Of a stretch of DNA of 64,000 bases, positions 19,773 through 29,545 are shown piece after piece. Origin of the DNA: an uncultured Rhodobacteraceae bacterium (GTDB lineage Bacteria > Pseudomonadota > Alphaproteobacteria > Rhodobacterales > Rhodobacteraceae); the NCBI GenBank assembly GCA_937138255.1, contig CAKZOU010000033.1, positions 14,622 to 78,621 of the forward strand, given 5' to 3'. The translations under genes were made by a program, and so were the position numbers. The notes beneath the pieces are model-generated. The model did no database searches and was not told the DNA's origin. It saw nothing but the letters and a program-made list of their open reading frames with translations. Position 1 is the first letter of the stretch, and each line of letters starts with the position of its first letter.

Positions 19773-20771
19773 ATGCACGATGGAGGTCGGCCCGTCCTGG
19801 AGGTCCAGGGCCTGAAGACTGTATTCCGCGTGCGCGGTGGTGAAATTCACGCCGTCAACAACGTCAGCTTCGATCTCAAGCCGGGCGAGCTTTTGGGCGT
19901 CGTCGGCGAAAGCGGCTCGGGCAAATCCGTGACCATGATGTCGCTTCTGGGGCTTTTGCCCTCCCCCCCCGCCGAGGTGCGCGACGGCAAGGTTCTTCTG
20001 GATGGTCAAGACCTGCTGAAAGCTGACGAAGACACGCTCCGCGAAGTCCGCGGCGGCAAGGTGGGCTTTATCTTCCAGGACCCGATGACCTCGCTCAACC
20101 CGGTCTTTACTGTGGGCTATCAGATCATGGAGCCCCTGCGGAAGCACATGGGGATGGACAAGAAAGCCGCCAAGAAGCGGGCGGTCGAGCTTCTGGAGCT
20201 TGTGGGAATTCCCGGCGCGGAACAGCGGCTTTCGGACTATCCGCACCAGTTTTCCGGCGGGATGCGGCAGCGGGTGATGATCGCCATCGCATTGGCCTGC
20301 GACCCCAAGGTTCTGATCGCCGACGAGCCGACCACGGCGCTCGACGTGACCATTCAGGCGCAGATCATCGAACTGATGAAAGAACTTCGCCAGAAGCTTG
20401 GCATGGCGGTGATCTGGATCACCCACGATCTGGGCGTCATTGCCGGCATCGCGGATCGGGTGATGGTCATGTATGGCGGGCAGGTCGTCGAACACGCGCC
20501 GGTGCGCGAGCTTTTCGGCAATCCGCAGCATCCCTATACCAAGGCGCTTCTGAAAACCGTGCCGAGCGTGCGCGGCGAGCGGGTGCGCCGCCTGACGATC
20601 ATCGAAGGCCAGCCGCCGATCCTAGGCGCGCCGCCCTCCTCCTGCCCGTTCCGCGACCGCTGCGCCTCGGCCGTCGAGGAATGCGCCCGGCGCAACCCCT
20701 CGCGCACCGTGATCGGCAAGGGCCATGACGTGGCTTGTGTTCTGGTCGAGAAGGAGGCCGCCCATGCTTGA
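19773..20771 (+). CDS. ABC transporter ATP-binding protein (DppD/OppD type)
   Basis: Walker A GESGSGKS, signature FSGGMRQRV and a C-terminal oligopeptide-type extension with Cys residues. Confidence 0.9.
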   Translation: MHDGGRPVLEVQGLKTVFRVRGGEIHAVNNVSFDLKPGELLGVVGESGSGKSVTMMSLLGLLPSPPAEVRDGKVLLDGQDLLKADEDTLREVRGGKVGFIFQDPMTSLNPVFTVGYQIMEPLRKHMGMDKKAAKKRAVELLELVGIPGAEQRLSDYPHQFSGGMRQRVMIAIALACDPKVLIADEPTTALDVTIQAQIIELMKELRQKLGMAVIWITHDLGVIAGIADRVMVMYGGQVVEHAPVRELFGNPQHPYTKALLKTVPSVRGERVRRLTIIEGQPPILGAPPSSCPFRDRCASAVEECARRNPSRTVIGKGHDVACVLVEKEAAHA

Positions 20772-21822
20772 TGCCGCCCCTTCAAAGAAGCCGCTCGTCG
20801 AGGTCCGCAACCTCAAGATGCATTTCCCGATCTACGCGGGCCTCCTGCGCCGCCGCGTGGGCGAGGTGAAGGCGGTCGATGGCGTGTCTTTCGACGTGTT
20901 CGAAGGCGAAACTCTTGGCCTTGTCGGTGAATCCGGCTGCGGAAAATCGACCTGCGGCCGCGCCCTACTGCGCCTATACGAGGTGACGGACGGGTCGATC
21001 ACGATCGACGGCGTTGATATCGCCGCGCTTTCCAATAATGCACTGCGCGAGAAACGGCCAACGATGCAGATGGTCTTCCAAGACCCGCAGGCGAGCCTCA
21101 ATCCGCGGATGACCGTTCAGGCGATCATTCAGGAGCCACTCGACGAGCACACCACGCTTTCCACCAAGGAAAAGCAGCAGAAGGTCTACGAGCTGATGGA
21201 TGCCGTGGGCCTCAACCGCCGTTTCGCGGGCCGCTATCCGCACGCCTTTTCGGGCGGCCAGCGCCAGCGCATCGGCATCGCCCGTGCTTTGGCTCTCAAT
21301 CCCAAGTTCATCGTCTGCGACGAGCCGATCGCCGCGCTCGATGTGTCGATTCAGGCGCAGGTGGTGAACCTGCTGGAAGACCTTCAGGAACAGTTCGGCC
21401 TGACCTACCTTTTCATCAGCCACGACCTGTCGATGGTGCGCCATATCGCGACGCGGGTGGCGGTGATGTATCTGGGCAAGATCGTCGAACTGGCCCCGCG
21501 CGAGGCGCTTTATGCCGCGCCGCTGCACCCCTATACCGAAGCGCTCCTTTCGGCCGTGCCCGAGCCTGATCCCAGCCTCGAAGCCAAGGTCGAGCGGATC
21601 ATCCTGCAGGGCGATGTGCCCTCCCCCGCCAATCCGCCCAAGGGCTGCAATTTCTGCACGCGCTGCCCGAAGGTGATGGACATTTGCCGCGAGGTCGAAC
21701 CTGCGACCCGCGAGGTGCGCCCCGGCCATTTCGCCGCCTGCCACCTGCACGAGATAACAAGCCAGACCGCGGGGGCAACCGCGGCTCAACGAGAGGCGAA
21801 CGAGCGCCAACATGGAGAGTAA
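20764..21822 (+). CDS. ABC transporter ATP-binding protein (DppF/OppF type)
   Basis: ORF trimmed to the ATG at 20764, which overlaps the upstream stop. Walker A GESGCGKS and signature FSGGQRQRI. Confidence 0.9.
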   Translation: MLDAAPSKKPLVEVRNLKMHFPIYAGLLRRRVGEVKAVDGVSFDVFEGETLGLVGESGCGKSTCGRALLRLYEVTDGSITIDGVDIAALSNNALREKRPTMQMVFQDPQASLNPRMTVQAIIQEPLDEHTTLSTKEKQQKVYELMDAVGLNRRFAGRYPHAFSGGQRQRIGIARALALNPKFIVCDEPIAALDVSIQAQVVNLLEDLQEQFGLTYLFISHDLSMVRHIATRVAVMYLGKIVELAPREALYAAPLHPYTEALLSAVPEPDPSLEAKVERIILQGDVPSPANPPKGCNFCTRCPKVMDICREVEPATREVRPGHFAACHLHEITSQTAGATAAQREANERQHGE

Positions 21823-21823
21823 A

Positions 21824-23527
21824 ATGAAGATCAAAACAGCCCTAGCGGGCGCAATAGCTGCAATGGCCTTCGCGCCGGCAGCTTTTGCCGAACGCGGGAG
21901 CGACGGCCACCTGTCGATCATCTATTGGCAGGCCCCGTCGATCCTCAACCCGTTCCTGTCGGGCGGCACCAAGGATATTGAATCGTCGTCGATGATCATC
22001 GAGCCGCTCGGCCGCTATGACCAGAACGGCAACATGGTTCCCTACCTTGCCGCTGAAATCCCGACCGTTGCCAACGGCGGCGTCTCGGCAGACCTGACCT
22101 CGATCACCTGGAAGCTCCAGTCCGGCCTTCTGTGGTCTGACGGCACCCCGGTAACCTCGGCCGACATCAAATTTACCGCCGATTACTGTATGCACCCCGA
22201 AGGGGGCTGCGCGCAGGCGGCCAAGTTTGACAAGGTCTCCTCGGTCGATATCGTCGACGATCTGACCGTAACGGTTCACTTCTCGCAGGCCATGCCGAAC
22301 CCCTATGGTCCCTTCATGGGCGGCCAGTCGCCGATCATCCAGAAGGCCCAGTTCGAGAACTGCATGGGCGCCAAGGCCCCTGAGTGCACCGACGCCAACT
22401 TTGGCCCGATCGGCACCGGCCCCTTCCGCGTCACCGAGTTCCGCACGAACGACGTGATCCAGATGGAAGCCAACCCGAACTACCGCGATCCGGCCAAGCC
22501 CGCCTTCGCCACCGTGACCTTCAAGGGTGGCGGCGATGCGACGGCTGCGGGCCGTGCGGTTCTGGAAACCGGCGAGTTCGACTACGCCTGGAACCTCCAG
22601 CTGGCACCTGACGTCATCGACTCGATGGCTGCCGCCGGTGTCGGCACCGCGATCAGCGCCTTCGGTTCGCTCGTCGAGCGTATCGAGGTCAACCTGACCG
22701 ACCCCTCGTCGAGCCTGCCGGAAGGCGAGCGTTCGACCGTGGCCCATCCGCACCCGTTCCTGTCGAACGCCAATGTGCGTAAGGCTCTGTCGATCGCCAT
22801 CGACCGTAACCTCCTCGTCGAGGTGGGCTATGGCCGCGCCGGTCGTCCGACCTGTAACCTCGTCCCCGCTCCGGCGCTTTATGCGTCCGACAACACCGAG
22901 TGTCTGACCCAAGACATCGAAGGCGCCAAGGCGCTTCTCGAGGCCGAGGGCTATGTTGACACCAACGGTGATGGCGTCCGCGAAAAGGATGGCGTTGAAC
23001 TGCGCGTCCTCTACCAGACCTCGACCAACGCCGTCCGTCAGGACTTCCAGGCGCTGATCAAGGAATGGTGGCAGGAGATCGGTGTTGCCACCGAGCTGCG
23101 CAACCTCGACGCTTCGGTCTACTTCGGTGGTGACCCGGGTTCGCCCGACACCTACCAGAAGTTCTATGCCGACGTCGAAATGTACGCCAACAACTTCGAC
23201 GGCACCGACCCGCAGGCCTATCTCGGCGCCTATCGCTGCGGCACCGAGCCCAAGCCTTCGAGCCAATGGCAGGGTGAGAACATCAACCGCTTCTGCGATC
23301 CGAACTACGACGCTCTGATCGACCAGCTCGCCCAGACCGGCGATCTGGAAGAGCGGGGCCGTCTTGGCCGGATGATGAACGACATGATGACCAAAGACAG
23401 CAACGTCATCATTCCGCTGGTCGACCGTGGCCGCGTGTCGGCTCACGCCAACTCGCTTGGCGGCGTTGTCCTCAATACCTGGGACAGCGAACTGTGGAAC
23501 GTCTCCGACTGGTACCGCATCAAGTGA
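21824..23527 (+). CDS. ABC transporter substrate-binding protein (family 5, peptide/opine/nickel type)
   Basis: ATG at 21824 preceded by GGAGAG. It has a signal peptide (MKIKTALAGAIAAMAFAPAAFA) and a size (~567 aa) and operon context typical of this family. Confidence 0.8.
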   Translation: MKIKTALAGAIAAMAFAPAAFAERGSDGHLSIIYWQAPSILNPFLSGGTKDIESSSMIIEPLGRYDQNGNMVPYLAAEIPTVANGGVSADLTSITWKLQSGLLWSDGTPVTSADIKFTADYCMHPEGGCAQAAKFDKVSSVDIVDDLTVTVHFSQAMPNPYGPFMGGQSPIIQKAQFENCMGAKAPECTDANFGPIGTGPFRVTEFRTNDVIQMEANPNYRDPAKPAFATVTFKGGGDATAAGRAVLETGEFDYAWNLQLAPDVIDSMAAAGVGTAISAFGSLVERIEVNLTDPSSSLPEGERSTVAHPHPFLSNANVRKALSIAIDRNLLVEVGYGRAGRPTCNLVPAPALYASDNTECLTQDIEGAKALLEAEGYVDTNGDGVREKDGVELRVLYQTSTNAVRQDFQALIKEWWQEIGVATELRNLDASVYFGGDPGSPDTYQKFYADVEMYANNFDGTDPQAYLGAYRCGTEPKPSSQWQGENINRFCDPNYDALIDQLAQTGDLEERGRLGRMMNDMMTKDSNVIIPLVDRGRVSAHANSLGGVVLNTWDSELWNVSDWYRIK

Positions 23528-23542
23528 TCTGACGATCAACCC

Positions 23543-23568
23543 GCCGCAGCCCTTCAGGGGGCTGCGGC
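23543..23568 (+). promoter_or_regulatory. Intra-operon stem-loop after the binding-protein gene
   Basis: GCCGCAGCCC-ttcagg-GGGCTGCGGC, a 10-bp perfect stem with no U-tract, located between the SBP stop (23527) and the permease start (23602). Confidence 0.5.
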
Positions 23569-23601
23569 ACCCCCTGCCCCAGAGACCTGAACCGAGGCGC
23601 C

Positions 23602-24609
23602 ATGCTTACCTATACGATCCGCCGGCTTATCCTTGCTGTGCCGACGCTTCTGTTCATCGCTCTGGTGATCTTTCTCCTGTTGGAGCTCGCCCCCGGCGAC
23701 CCGATGGCCGAGATGCCGCTGACGATCCCGCCCGAGGTGAAGGAGAAGATGCGCGAGGCGCTGGGGCTCGGCCAGCCGTGGTATGTGCGCTTCTATCTCT
23801 GGCTCTATCAGTTCTTCGTCGTCGAGCCTCAGTATTGGATCGACGGTCTCTTCGGCACGAACTTTGCCGATGGCGCGCAACGGATCATCTCGTTCCAGTC
23901 GCGCAGCCCCGTCTTTAATACGATTGCCGAGCGCATCCCGCAGACGCTTTGGGTGGTCGGTATGTCCTATGTGGTGGGCGTCCTGATCGCCCTGCCCATC
24001 GGCATCATCTCGGCGGTGCGCCAGTATAGCTGGTTCGACAACTTCGGCACGTTCGTCTCGATGGTCGGCTTTTCGGTTCCGACCTTCTTTACCGGCGTTC
24101 TTCTGATCGTGATCTTCTCGGTGAACCTCGGCTGGTTCCCGTCGATCTATGACACGACGCTCAAGGTCGACGACTGGCCGAGCTTCGTCAAACAGCTCAA
24201 GCAGATGGCGATGCCGGTCTTTGTGCTCGCCCTCTACAACGCCGCCCAGATCAGCCGCTTCATGCGCGCCTCGATGCTCGACAATCTCGGGCAGGACTAT
24301 GTCCGCACCGCCCGCGCCAAGGGCATGACCGAAAAGGTCGTCGTCCTGAAACACGTCCTGCGGAATTCGCTGATCCCTGTCGTGACCGTGATCGCCCTCG
24401 GCGTGCCGCAGGTCTTTGGCGGGGCGATCATCACCGAACAGGTGTTCAAGGTGAACGGGCTCGGCCAGCTTCTGATCATCGCCATTCACGGCAACGATGT
24501 GCCGATGGTGCTGACCCTCACCTTCATCTTCGCCGTGCTGATCGTCGTCTTCAACCTGATCGCCGATATCCTCTACGGCGTCCTTGACCCGCGGATCCGT
24601 TATGACTGA
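23602..24609 (+). CDS. ABC transporter permease (DppB type)
   Basis: 335-aa multi-TM protein with a typical N-terminus (MLTYTIRRLILAVPTLLFI) and C-terminus (DPRIRY). Confidence 0.85.
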   Translation: MLTYTIRRLILAVPTLLFIALVIFLLLELAPGDPMAEMPLTIPPEVKEKMREALGLGQPWYVRFYLWLYQFFVVEPQYWIDGLFGTNFADGAQRIISFQSRSPVFNTIAERIPQTLWVVGMSYVVGVLIALPIGIISAVRQYSWFDNFGTFVSMVGFSVPTFFTGVLLIVIFSVNLGWFPSIYDTTLKVDDWPSFVKQLKQMAMPVFVLALYNAAQISRFMRASMLDNLGQDYVRTARAKGMTEKVVVLKHVLRNSLIPVVTVIALGVPQVFGGAIITEQVFKVNGLGQLLIIAIHGNDVPMVLTLTFIFAVLIVVFNLIADILYGVLDPRIRYD

Positions 24610-25546
24610 GACGACGCAAACCCAAGGCACCATCCCCGTCCGCAACCAGTGGTGGGACGTATGGGACCAGTTCAAGACCCACCGAGGCGCGGTGATCGGC
24701 GGGGCGTTCCTGATCTTCATCACGCTTTTCGTGCTCGTGGGCCCCTACCTCTGGCAGGTCGACGCGCAAAAGCTCGACATCCGCAACAAGGATTTGCGGC
24801 CCTTCTACATCGGCCTTTTCGCGGATGTGAAATGGAGCTGGTCGCGGCCCCTCGGCACCGATCACCTTGGCCGTGACATCATGGCCAACCTCATTCAGGG
24901 CGGCCAGATCTCGATGGCCGTGGGCTGGACGGCGATGATCCTGTCGCTGTTCCTCGGCACTCTGATCGGCGTTCTGGCGGGCTTCTTCAAGCGGCTCGAC
25001 GGGATCCTGATGCGCTTCACCGATCTGGTTCTCTCGCTGCCGCTCCTGCCGATCCTTCTGGTGATGATGCTCCTGTTCCGCGACCCGCTGCGGGCGGCGT
25101 TCGGACCGGAGACCGGCATCTTCATCCTGATCGTCTCGGGCATCGGCATCACCTCCTGGATGCACACCGCCCGCATCGTGCGCGGCGATATCCTCGCCAT
25201 CAAAGAGCGCGAGTTCGTCCTCGCCGCCCGCTCGATCGGCACCCCGCCGCGGCGGATGATCACCCGCCACCTGCTGCCCAACGTCATGTCGCCGATCATG
25301 GTCTCGGCCACCTTGGGCCTTGCAAGCGCGATCATCACAGAAAGCGCGCTCTCGTTCCTTGGCCTTGGCTTCCCCTCGGATTTCCCGACATGGGGCAAGA
25401 TCCTGTTCGACAGCGTCGACCGCATGGCTTCCTTCCCCGAACGGGTGATCTGGCCGGGCCTGTGCATCTCTCTCACCGTGTTGAGCGTCAACTACATCGG
25501 CGACGGCCTGCGCGACGCGCTCGACCCGCGCATCCGCGGCCTCTGA
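24602..25546 (+). CDS. ABC transporter permease (DppC type)
   Basis: ORF trimmed to the ATG at 24602, which overlaps the upstream stop (ATGA). It has an EAA-loop region and the C-terminal DALDPRIRG. Confidence 0.85.
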   Translation: MTETTQTQGTIPVRNQWWDVWDQFKTHRGAVIGGAFLIFITLFVLVGPYLWQVDAQKLDIRNKDLRPFYIGLFADVKWSWSRPLGTDHLGRDIMANLIQGGQISMAVGWTAMILSLFLGTLIGVLAGFFKRLDGILMRFTDLVLSLPLLPILLVMMLLFRDPLRAAFGPETGIFILIVSGIGITSWMHTARIVRGDILAIKEREFVLAARSIGTPPRRMITRHLLPNVMSPIMVSATLGLASAIITESALSFLGLGFPSDFPTWGKILFDSVDRMASFPERVIWPGLCISLTVLSVNYIGDGLRDALDPRIRGL

Positions 25547-25570
25547 ACCCGCGAAATAGGGCAACCTTTC

Positions 25571-25602
25571 CGCCGTTCCGTGGAGACATGGAACGGCGTT
25601 TT
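25571..25602 (+). terminator. Rho-independent terminator of the ABC importer operon
   Basis: CGCCGTTCC-(10-nt loop)-GGAACGGCG followed by TTTT. Confidence 0.7.
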
Positions 25603-25733
25603 GCTTTCCGGAGGCCTTGAGAATTTCCTCCCGCGCCACGGGAAAACCCGCCAAAAACGGTCCGCCGCGCCGGTTTGCCGGAACGCCCGTTCCGATCTAG
25701 CAGACAAGGAAACGCCTTCCAGAAAGGATTCCC

Positions 25734-26804
25734 ATGTTTGCCGATCTCGGATTCGAGAGCCTCACCGCCCCTCAGGCCGCCGTCTGGTTTGGCCTCGCCC
25801 TTGGATTGGCCTTTGGTGCCTTGGCGCAAGTCACTGCCTTTTGCCTGCGGCGTGGGCTCGTCGGCGAGGATTGCCGCGGGGCGCTGGCTGTCTGGCTGGC
25901 GGCGCTGGCCGTTGCCACCCTTGGCACCCAGATCGCCGTGGCGCGGGGCTGGGTGGCGTTTGACGATCACCGACTGATGACCGGCAACCTGCCGATCGCC
26001 GCGATCCTTCTTGGAGGGCTTCTTTTCGGAGCCGGCATGGTACTTGCCCGTGGCTGTGTGGCCCGCCTCACCGTCCTTGGCGCAGGCGGCAACCTTCGCG
26101 CCCTGACGGTCGTCACGCTCTTTGCCGTCACCGCTCATGCCACGCTCAAGGGCATCCTCTCGCCGCTGCGGACCTCCATCGGCTCGCTCACGCTCGACCT
26201 TCCCTCCGCCTCGCTCGCCACCCTCCCCGGTGGCGCGGCGCTCTGGACCGGCCTTATCGCCGCCAGCGCCGCAGCCTTCGCCCTGCGGCACCGCCCGGGC
26301 CGGGGCCTTCTGGCTGGCGCTGTCGCCATCGGTGCGCTGGTGCCGCTTGGCTGGGTCGGGACCGGCCTCGTCCTCTTCGACGACTTCGACCCCATCGCGC
26401 TTGAAAGCCTCTCGTTCACCGCGCCTTGGGCCGACAGCCTCTTCTTCACGGTTGCCTCGACCGCCATCCCCGCCAACTTCGGCATCGGCCTGATCGGTGG
26501 CACGCTGGTTGGCGCGGCGCTTCTTGCAGCCTTGCGCGGCCAGTTCCGCTGGCAGAGCTTCACCTCGCCCCGCGAGACGGGCCGCTATCTGGCGGGTGCG
26601 GTCCTGATGGGCTTTGGCGGGGTTCTGGCGGGCGGCTGCACCGTGGGCGCGGGGCTTGCGGGCATCCCGACGCTTTCGGTCGCGGCGCTCCTTGCGCTTC
26701 TGGCAATGGTCGGCGGCGCCTTGGCGACCGACCGGATGCTCAGTGGAGCCGCTTCCGGATCCGCCGGATCATCCCCCAGACCGCAAGCAATACCGGCAGA
26801 GTAG
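25734..26804 (+). CDS. YeeE/YedE-family sulfur-compound (thiosulfate-type) transporter
   Basis: 356-aa polytopic protein with the family's conserved Cys-containing loops (FCLRRG, ARGCVARL, GGCTVGAG). Confidence 0.8.
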   Translation: MFADLGFESLTAPQAAVWFGLALGLAFGALAQVTAFCLRRGLVGEDCRGALAVWLAALAVATLGTQIAVARGWVAFDDHRLMTGNLPIAAILLGGLLFGAGMVLARGCVARLTVLGAGGNLRALTVVTLFAVTAHATLKGILSPLRTSIGSLTLDLPSASLATLPGGAALWTGLIAASAAAFALRHRPGRGLLAGAVAIGALVPLGWVGTGLVLFDDFDPIALESLSFTAPWADSLFFTVASTAIPANFGIGLIGGTLVGAALLAALRGQFRWQSFTSPRETGRYLAGAVLMGFGGVLAGGCTVGAGLAGIPTLSVAALLALLAMVGGALATDRMLSGAASGSAGSSPRPQAIPAE

Positions 26805-28020
26805 CGCCGGCCGCGAGCGCGGTTTTCGACCAGTGCAGGCGCTCGGCAACGGGCGTCAGCAGATAGACCACGAGGTTGACCGCGTAGTAGCTGATCGCCA
26901 CGACCGACAGCCCCTCGACCGTTTGCTGGAGCCGCAGTTGCAGGTCGGCGCGGCGGTCCATCGATTCCAGAAGCGCCTGGTTTTCGGCAGACCGTTCCAC
27001 ATCGACCCGCGTTCGCAAGAGATCGCCCGCCCGCATCGCCCGCTGCGCCATGCCTTCCATGCGCCGCTCGGTCGATTTCACCGTCCGCATCGCCGGATCG
27101 AAGCGCCGCATCATGAACTCGGCCAAGGTCTGGCGGCCCTTGAAGCGCACCTCGCGCAGAACCTCGATCCGCTGATTGACGATCGCCTCATAGGCCGTTG
27201 TCGCCCCGAAACGAAAGCTCGACCGCGAGGCCAGCCCCTCAAGCTCGGCCGACATCGCCAAGAGGCGGTGCAGGGTATCGGCGGGGCGCACCTCGTCGTG
27301 CGACATTCCGCTGACAAGCTGGCTCAGCTCGTCGTCCAACTCGCCAAGCCGCGGCCCCATCTCGCGGGCGCGGGCAAGGCCGAGCATGGCCATGGTCTTG
27401 TAGGTCTCGATCTCGCACAGCCGCTGAACCACGCGCCCCACGCGCCGCCCTCCTGTGTCGGGCCGCACGAAAACCGCCATCCGAAGATGCCCACGCTGAT
27501 CGATACGGAAGTCGGTCGCCACAATCGCCGCATCATCGACCACGCGGCTCATGGCAAGGCTTTCCGGCACGAACCAGTCCGCGGCCTTCTCGTCGATGCC
27601 GTCATCGGTCGCGGCAATCTCGACACGGATCAGCGCCGAAGTGACCCGCTGGCCCGGCGCCCCGGCGAGCCAATCGTCTGGAAAGAAGCTGAAGGCCGAA
27701 CCCTCGAAGGGCTTGTCGGCCACGCCCTCGCCAAAGATCGTGTAGGTGACAAACTCGGTGTGGCTCTCCCATTTCAGGACGTATTTGCCGATGGGGCCGA
27801 AATAGTGGGTGGCGTCCGGCTGCGGATGTGCCGCGCCGAAGCGGTCGAGCAGCGCCAGAAGGTGCCGTCGATCCGCGCCCTTGTCGCGGCTGGCGGCCTG
27901 TTGCGAGGGCTTGAGCGCCAGATAGGCGGCGCGGCACGGCGCGGTCAGCGTCGGAAAGGGGCGCGCGTGCAGCTCGTTGGCGAGCATATAGCGCAAGGGG
28001 TGGTCGGCGATGGGTGCCAT
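26740..28020 (-). CDS. DUF3422-family protein, C-terminally membrane anchored
   Basis: 426 aa with a family-typical N-terminus (HPLRYMLANELHARPFP) and two C-terminal TM helices. Function is unknown. Confidence 0.7.
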   Translation of the reverse strand: MAPIADHPLRYMLANELHARPFPTLTAPCRAAYLALKPSQQAASRDKGADRRHLLALLDRFGAAHPQPDATHYFGPIGKYVLKWESHTEFVTYTIFGEGVADKPFEGSAFSFFPDDWLAGAPGQRVTSALIRVEIAATDDGIDEKAADWFVPESLAMSRVVDDAAIVATDFRIDQRGHLRMAVFVRPDTGGRRVGRVVQRLCEIETYKTMAMLGLARAREMGPRLGELDDELSQLVSGMSHDEVRPADTLHRLLAMSAELEGLASRSSFRFGATTAYEAIVNQRIEVLREVRFKGRQTLAEFMMRRFDPAMRTVKSTERRMEGMAQRAMRAGDLLRTRVDVERSAENQALLESMDRRADLQLRLQQTVEGLSVVAISYYAVNLVVYLLTPVAERLHWSKTALAAGATLPVLLAVWGMIRRIRKRLH

Positions 28021-28090
28021 GAGGGGGCTCCTTTGCCCGCACCCTAGCGGGATGCGCGGCGGAGTAAACCCGGAAAACGCTGCGATATGA

Positions 28091-28128
28091 GGGCGTTAGC
28101 GGCACACAATCGCATACCGCCAACGCCC
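28091..28128 (-). terminator. Stem-loop 8 nt downstream of the odc stop (possible terminator)
   Basis: On the - strand GGGCGTTGGCGG-(14 nt)-CCGCTAACGCCC forms a 12-bp stem that includes one G-U pair. The U-tract is weak and displaced. Confidence 0.45.
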
Positions 28129-28135
28129 GTATCCG

Positions 28136-29308
28136 TCAGATGCAGAGCACCTGAAGCGGCGGGAAGCCGTTGAAACAAACCGAAGAATAGGTCGAGGTAT
28201 AGGCCCCGGTGTTGCGGATCAGCACGCGGTCGCCGGCCTTGAGCGTCAAGGGCAGCGGCATCGGGCGCTTTTCATAGAGCACGTCGGCGCTGTCGCAGGA
28301 GGGGCCGGCCATGATGCAGGGGCCCATCGGGTCGGCATCGCGCGGGGTGGTGAACTGATAGCGGATCGCTTCGCCCTCGGTCTCGGCAAGGCCCGAGAAA
28401 CGGCCGATCGAAAGATAGACCCAGCGGTGCACATCGCGGTCGGACTTGCGCGAGACAAGGAGAACCTCGCAGACGATCACGCCAGCCTCGGCCACCATGC
28501 CACGGCCCGGCTCGGCCATGATGCGCGGCACATCGCCAAAGCGCGCGCGGACCATCTCGATCACGGCGGCGGCATAGTCGGTCGGGGCCTGAATGGCCTC
28601 GCCATAGAAGGCCGGGAAACCGCCACCGATGTTGAGGAGCGTCAGGTCATGGCCTGCGGCCTTGGCGCCATGCCAGACCTTGGCGAGCGCGTCGAGCGCC
28701 GGCGCCCACATCTCGGCGCGGCGGGTCTGGCTGCCGACGTGGAACGACATGCCCACGGGGCTCAGGCCAAGGCTCTTGGCATAGCCCATCAGGCGGATGG
28801 CGGTATCGCCATCGCAGCCGAACTTGCGGGTAAGCGGCCAGTCGGCCTCGCTCGCCTCGACAATGAGGCGGATATAGACATCCGAGCCGGGGGCGATTTC
28901 GGCGATCTTCTCAAGCTCTTCCTCGGCGTCGGCGGCGAAAAGGGTGATCCCGTTGTCGCGGGCCCATTCGATATCCTGACGGCGCTTGATGGTGTTGCCG
29001 AAAGAGATCTGGTCGGGGGTCGCACCCTCGCCCAAGCAGGTCTCGATCTCGCCGCGCGAGGCGGCATCGAAGTGCGAGCCGAGCTTGACGAGCCGCGCGA
29101 TCACCTCGCGGGCGGGGTTGGCCTTGACGGCATAGTGGATGTCGGCGCTGCCCAGACCGGCCTTGAGGGCGCGGTATTGCGTCTCGACCCGATCCACGTC
29201 GATCACCAGCGTTGGCCGGTCAAAATCATGGGCGGCGAGATAGGCGTCGAGACGAGACGGGTTATCGGTGCTGGAGGCGGAAGCCGCCCCGGCAATAGCT
29301 ACAGTCAT
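28136..29308 (-). CDS. odc: Ornithine/lysine decarboxylase (alanine-racemase-fold, PLP-dependent)
   Basis: PLP-lysine motif IHYAVKANP, glycine loop LNIGGGFP and the C-terminal GAYTSTYSS..FNGFPP. The start is at ATG 29308 (GGAG 6 nt upstream) or ATG 29314. Confidence 0.9.
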   Translation of the reverse strand: MTVAIAGAASASSTDNPSRLDAYLAAHDFDRPTLVIDVDRVETQYRALKAGLGSADIHYAVKANPAREVIARLVKLGSHFDAASRGEIETCLGEGATPDQISFGNTIKRRQDIEWARDNGITLFAADAEEELEKIAEIAPGSDVYIRLIVEASEADWPLTRKFGCDGDTAIRLMGYAKSLGLSPVGMSFHVGSQTRRAEMWAPALDALAKVWHGAKAAGHDLTLLNIGGGFPAFYGEAIQAPTDYAAAVIEMVRARFGDVPRIMAEPGRGMVAEAGVIVCEVLLVSRKSDRDVHRWVYLSIGRFSGLAETEGEAIRYQFTTPRDADPMGPCIMAGPSCDSADVLYEKRPMPLPLTLKAGDRVLIRNTGAYTSTYSSVCFNGFPPLQVLCI

Positions 29309-29545
29309 GGTCATCTCCAATAGACCCGGCCACCTATGGCCGCTCAGTTCCAAGGGAGACGTTACCGTCGCTACGTAAACACGTTCAGCGGTGACTGCTT
29401 TACCGGCCAGAGGCGCGTGCGTTGGCGTCTTGAGGCGCGCATTTGGGGCAAGTTGCGAGTCGTTTCAAGGCAAAAACATCCCCTTGGACCAATTATTTCA
29501 CAAATGATCCCCGATGTCGCCTATCGTGTTGAACTTGCAACGGAA
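29309..29545 (-). promoter_or_regulatory. Long structured 5' leader of odc; candidate alphaproteobacterial speF-type RNA element
   Basis: About 235 nt of non-coding, lower-GC sequence with several helices. These include GCAAGTT...AACTTGC enclosing about 75 nt, GGATCA...TGGTCC, and GGCCA-tagg-TGGCC just before the SD. Confidence 0.4.

Noticed and set aside
21842-23539. A 565-aa ORF antisense to the ABC substrate-binding protein gene.
   Set aside because: It is a shadow ORF. The + strand product has a signal peptide and fits the operon, whereas the antisense product has no recognisable features.
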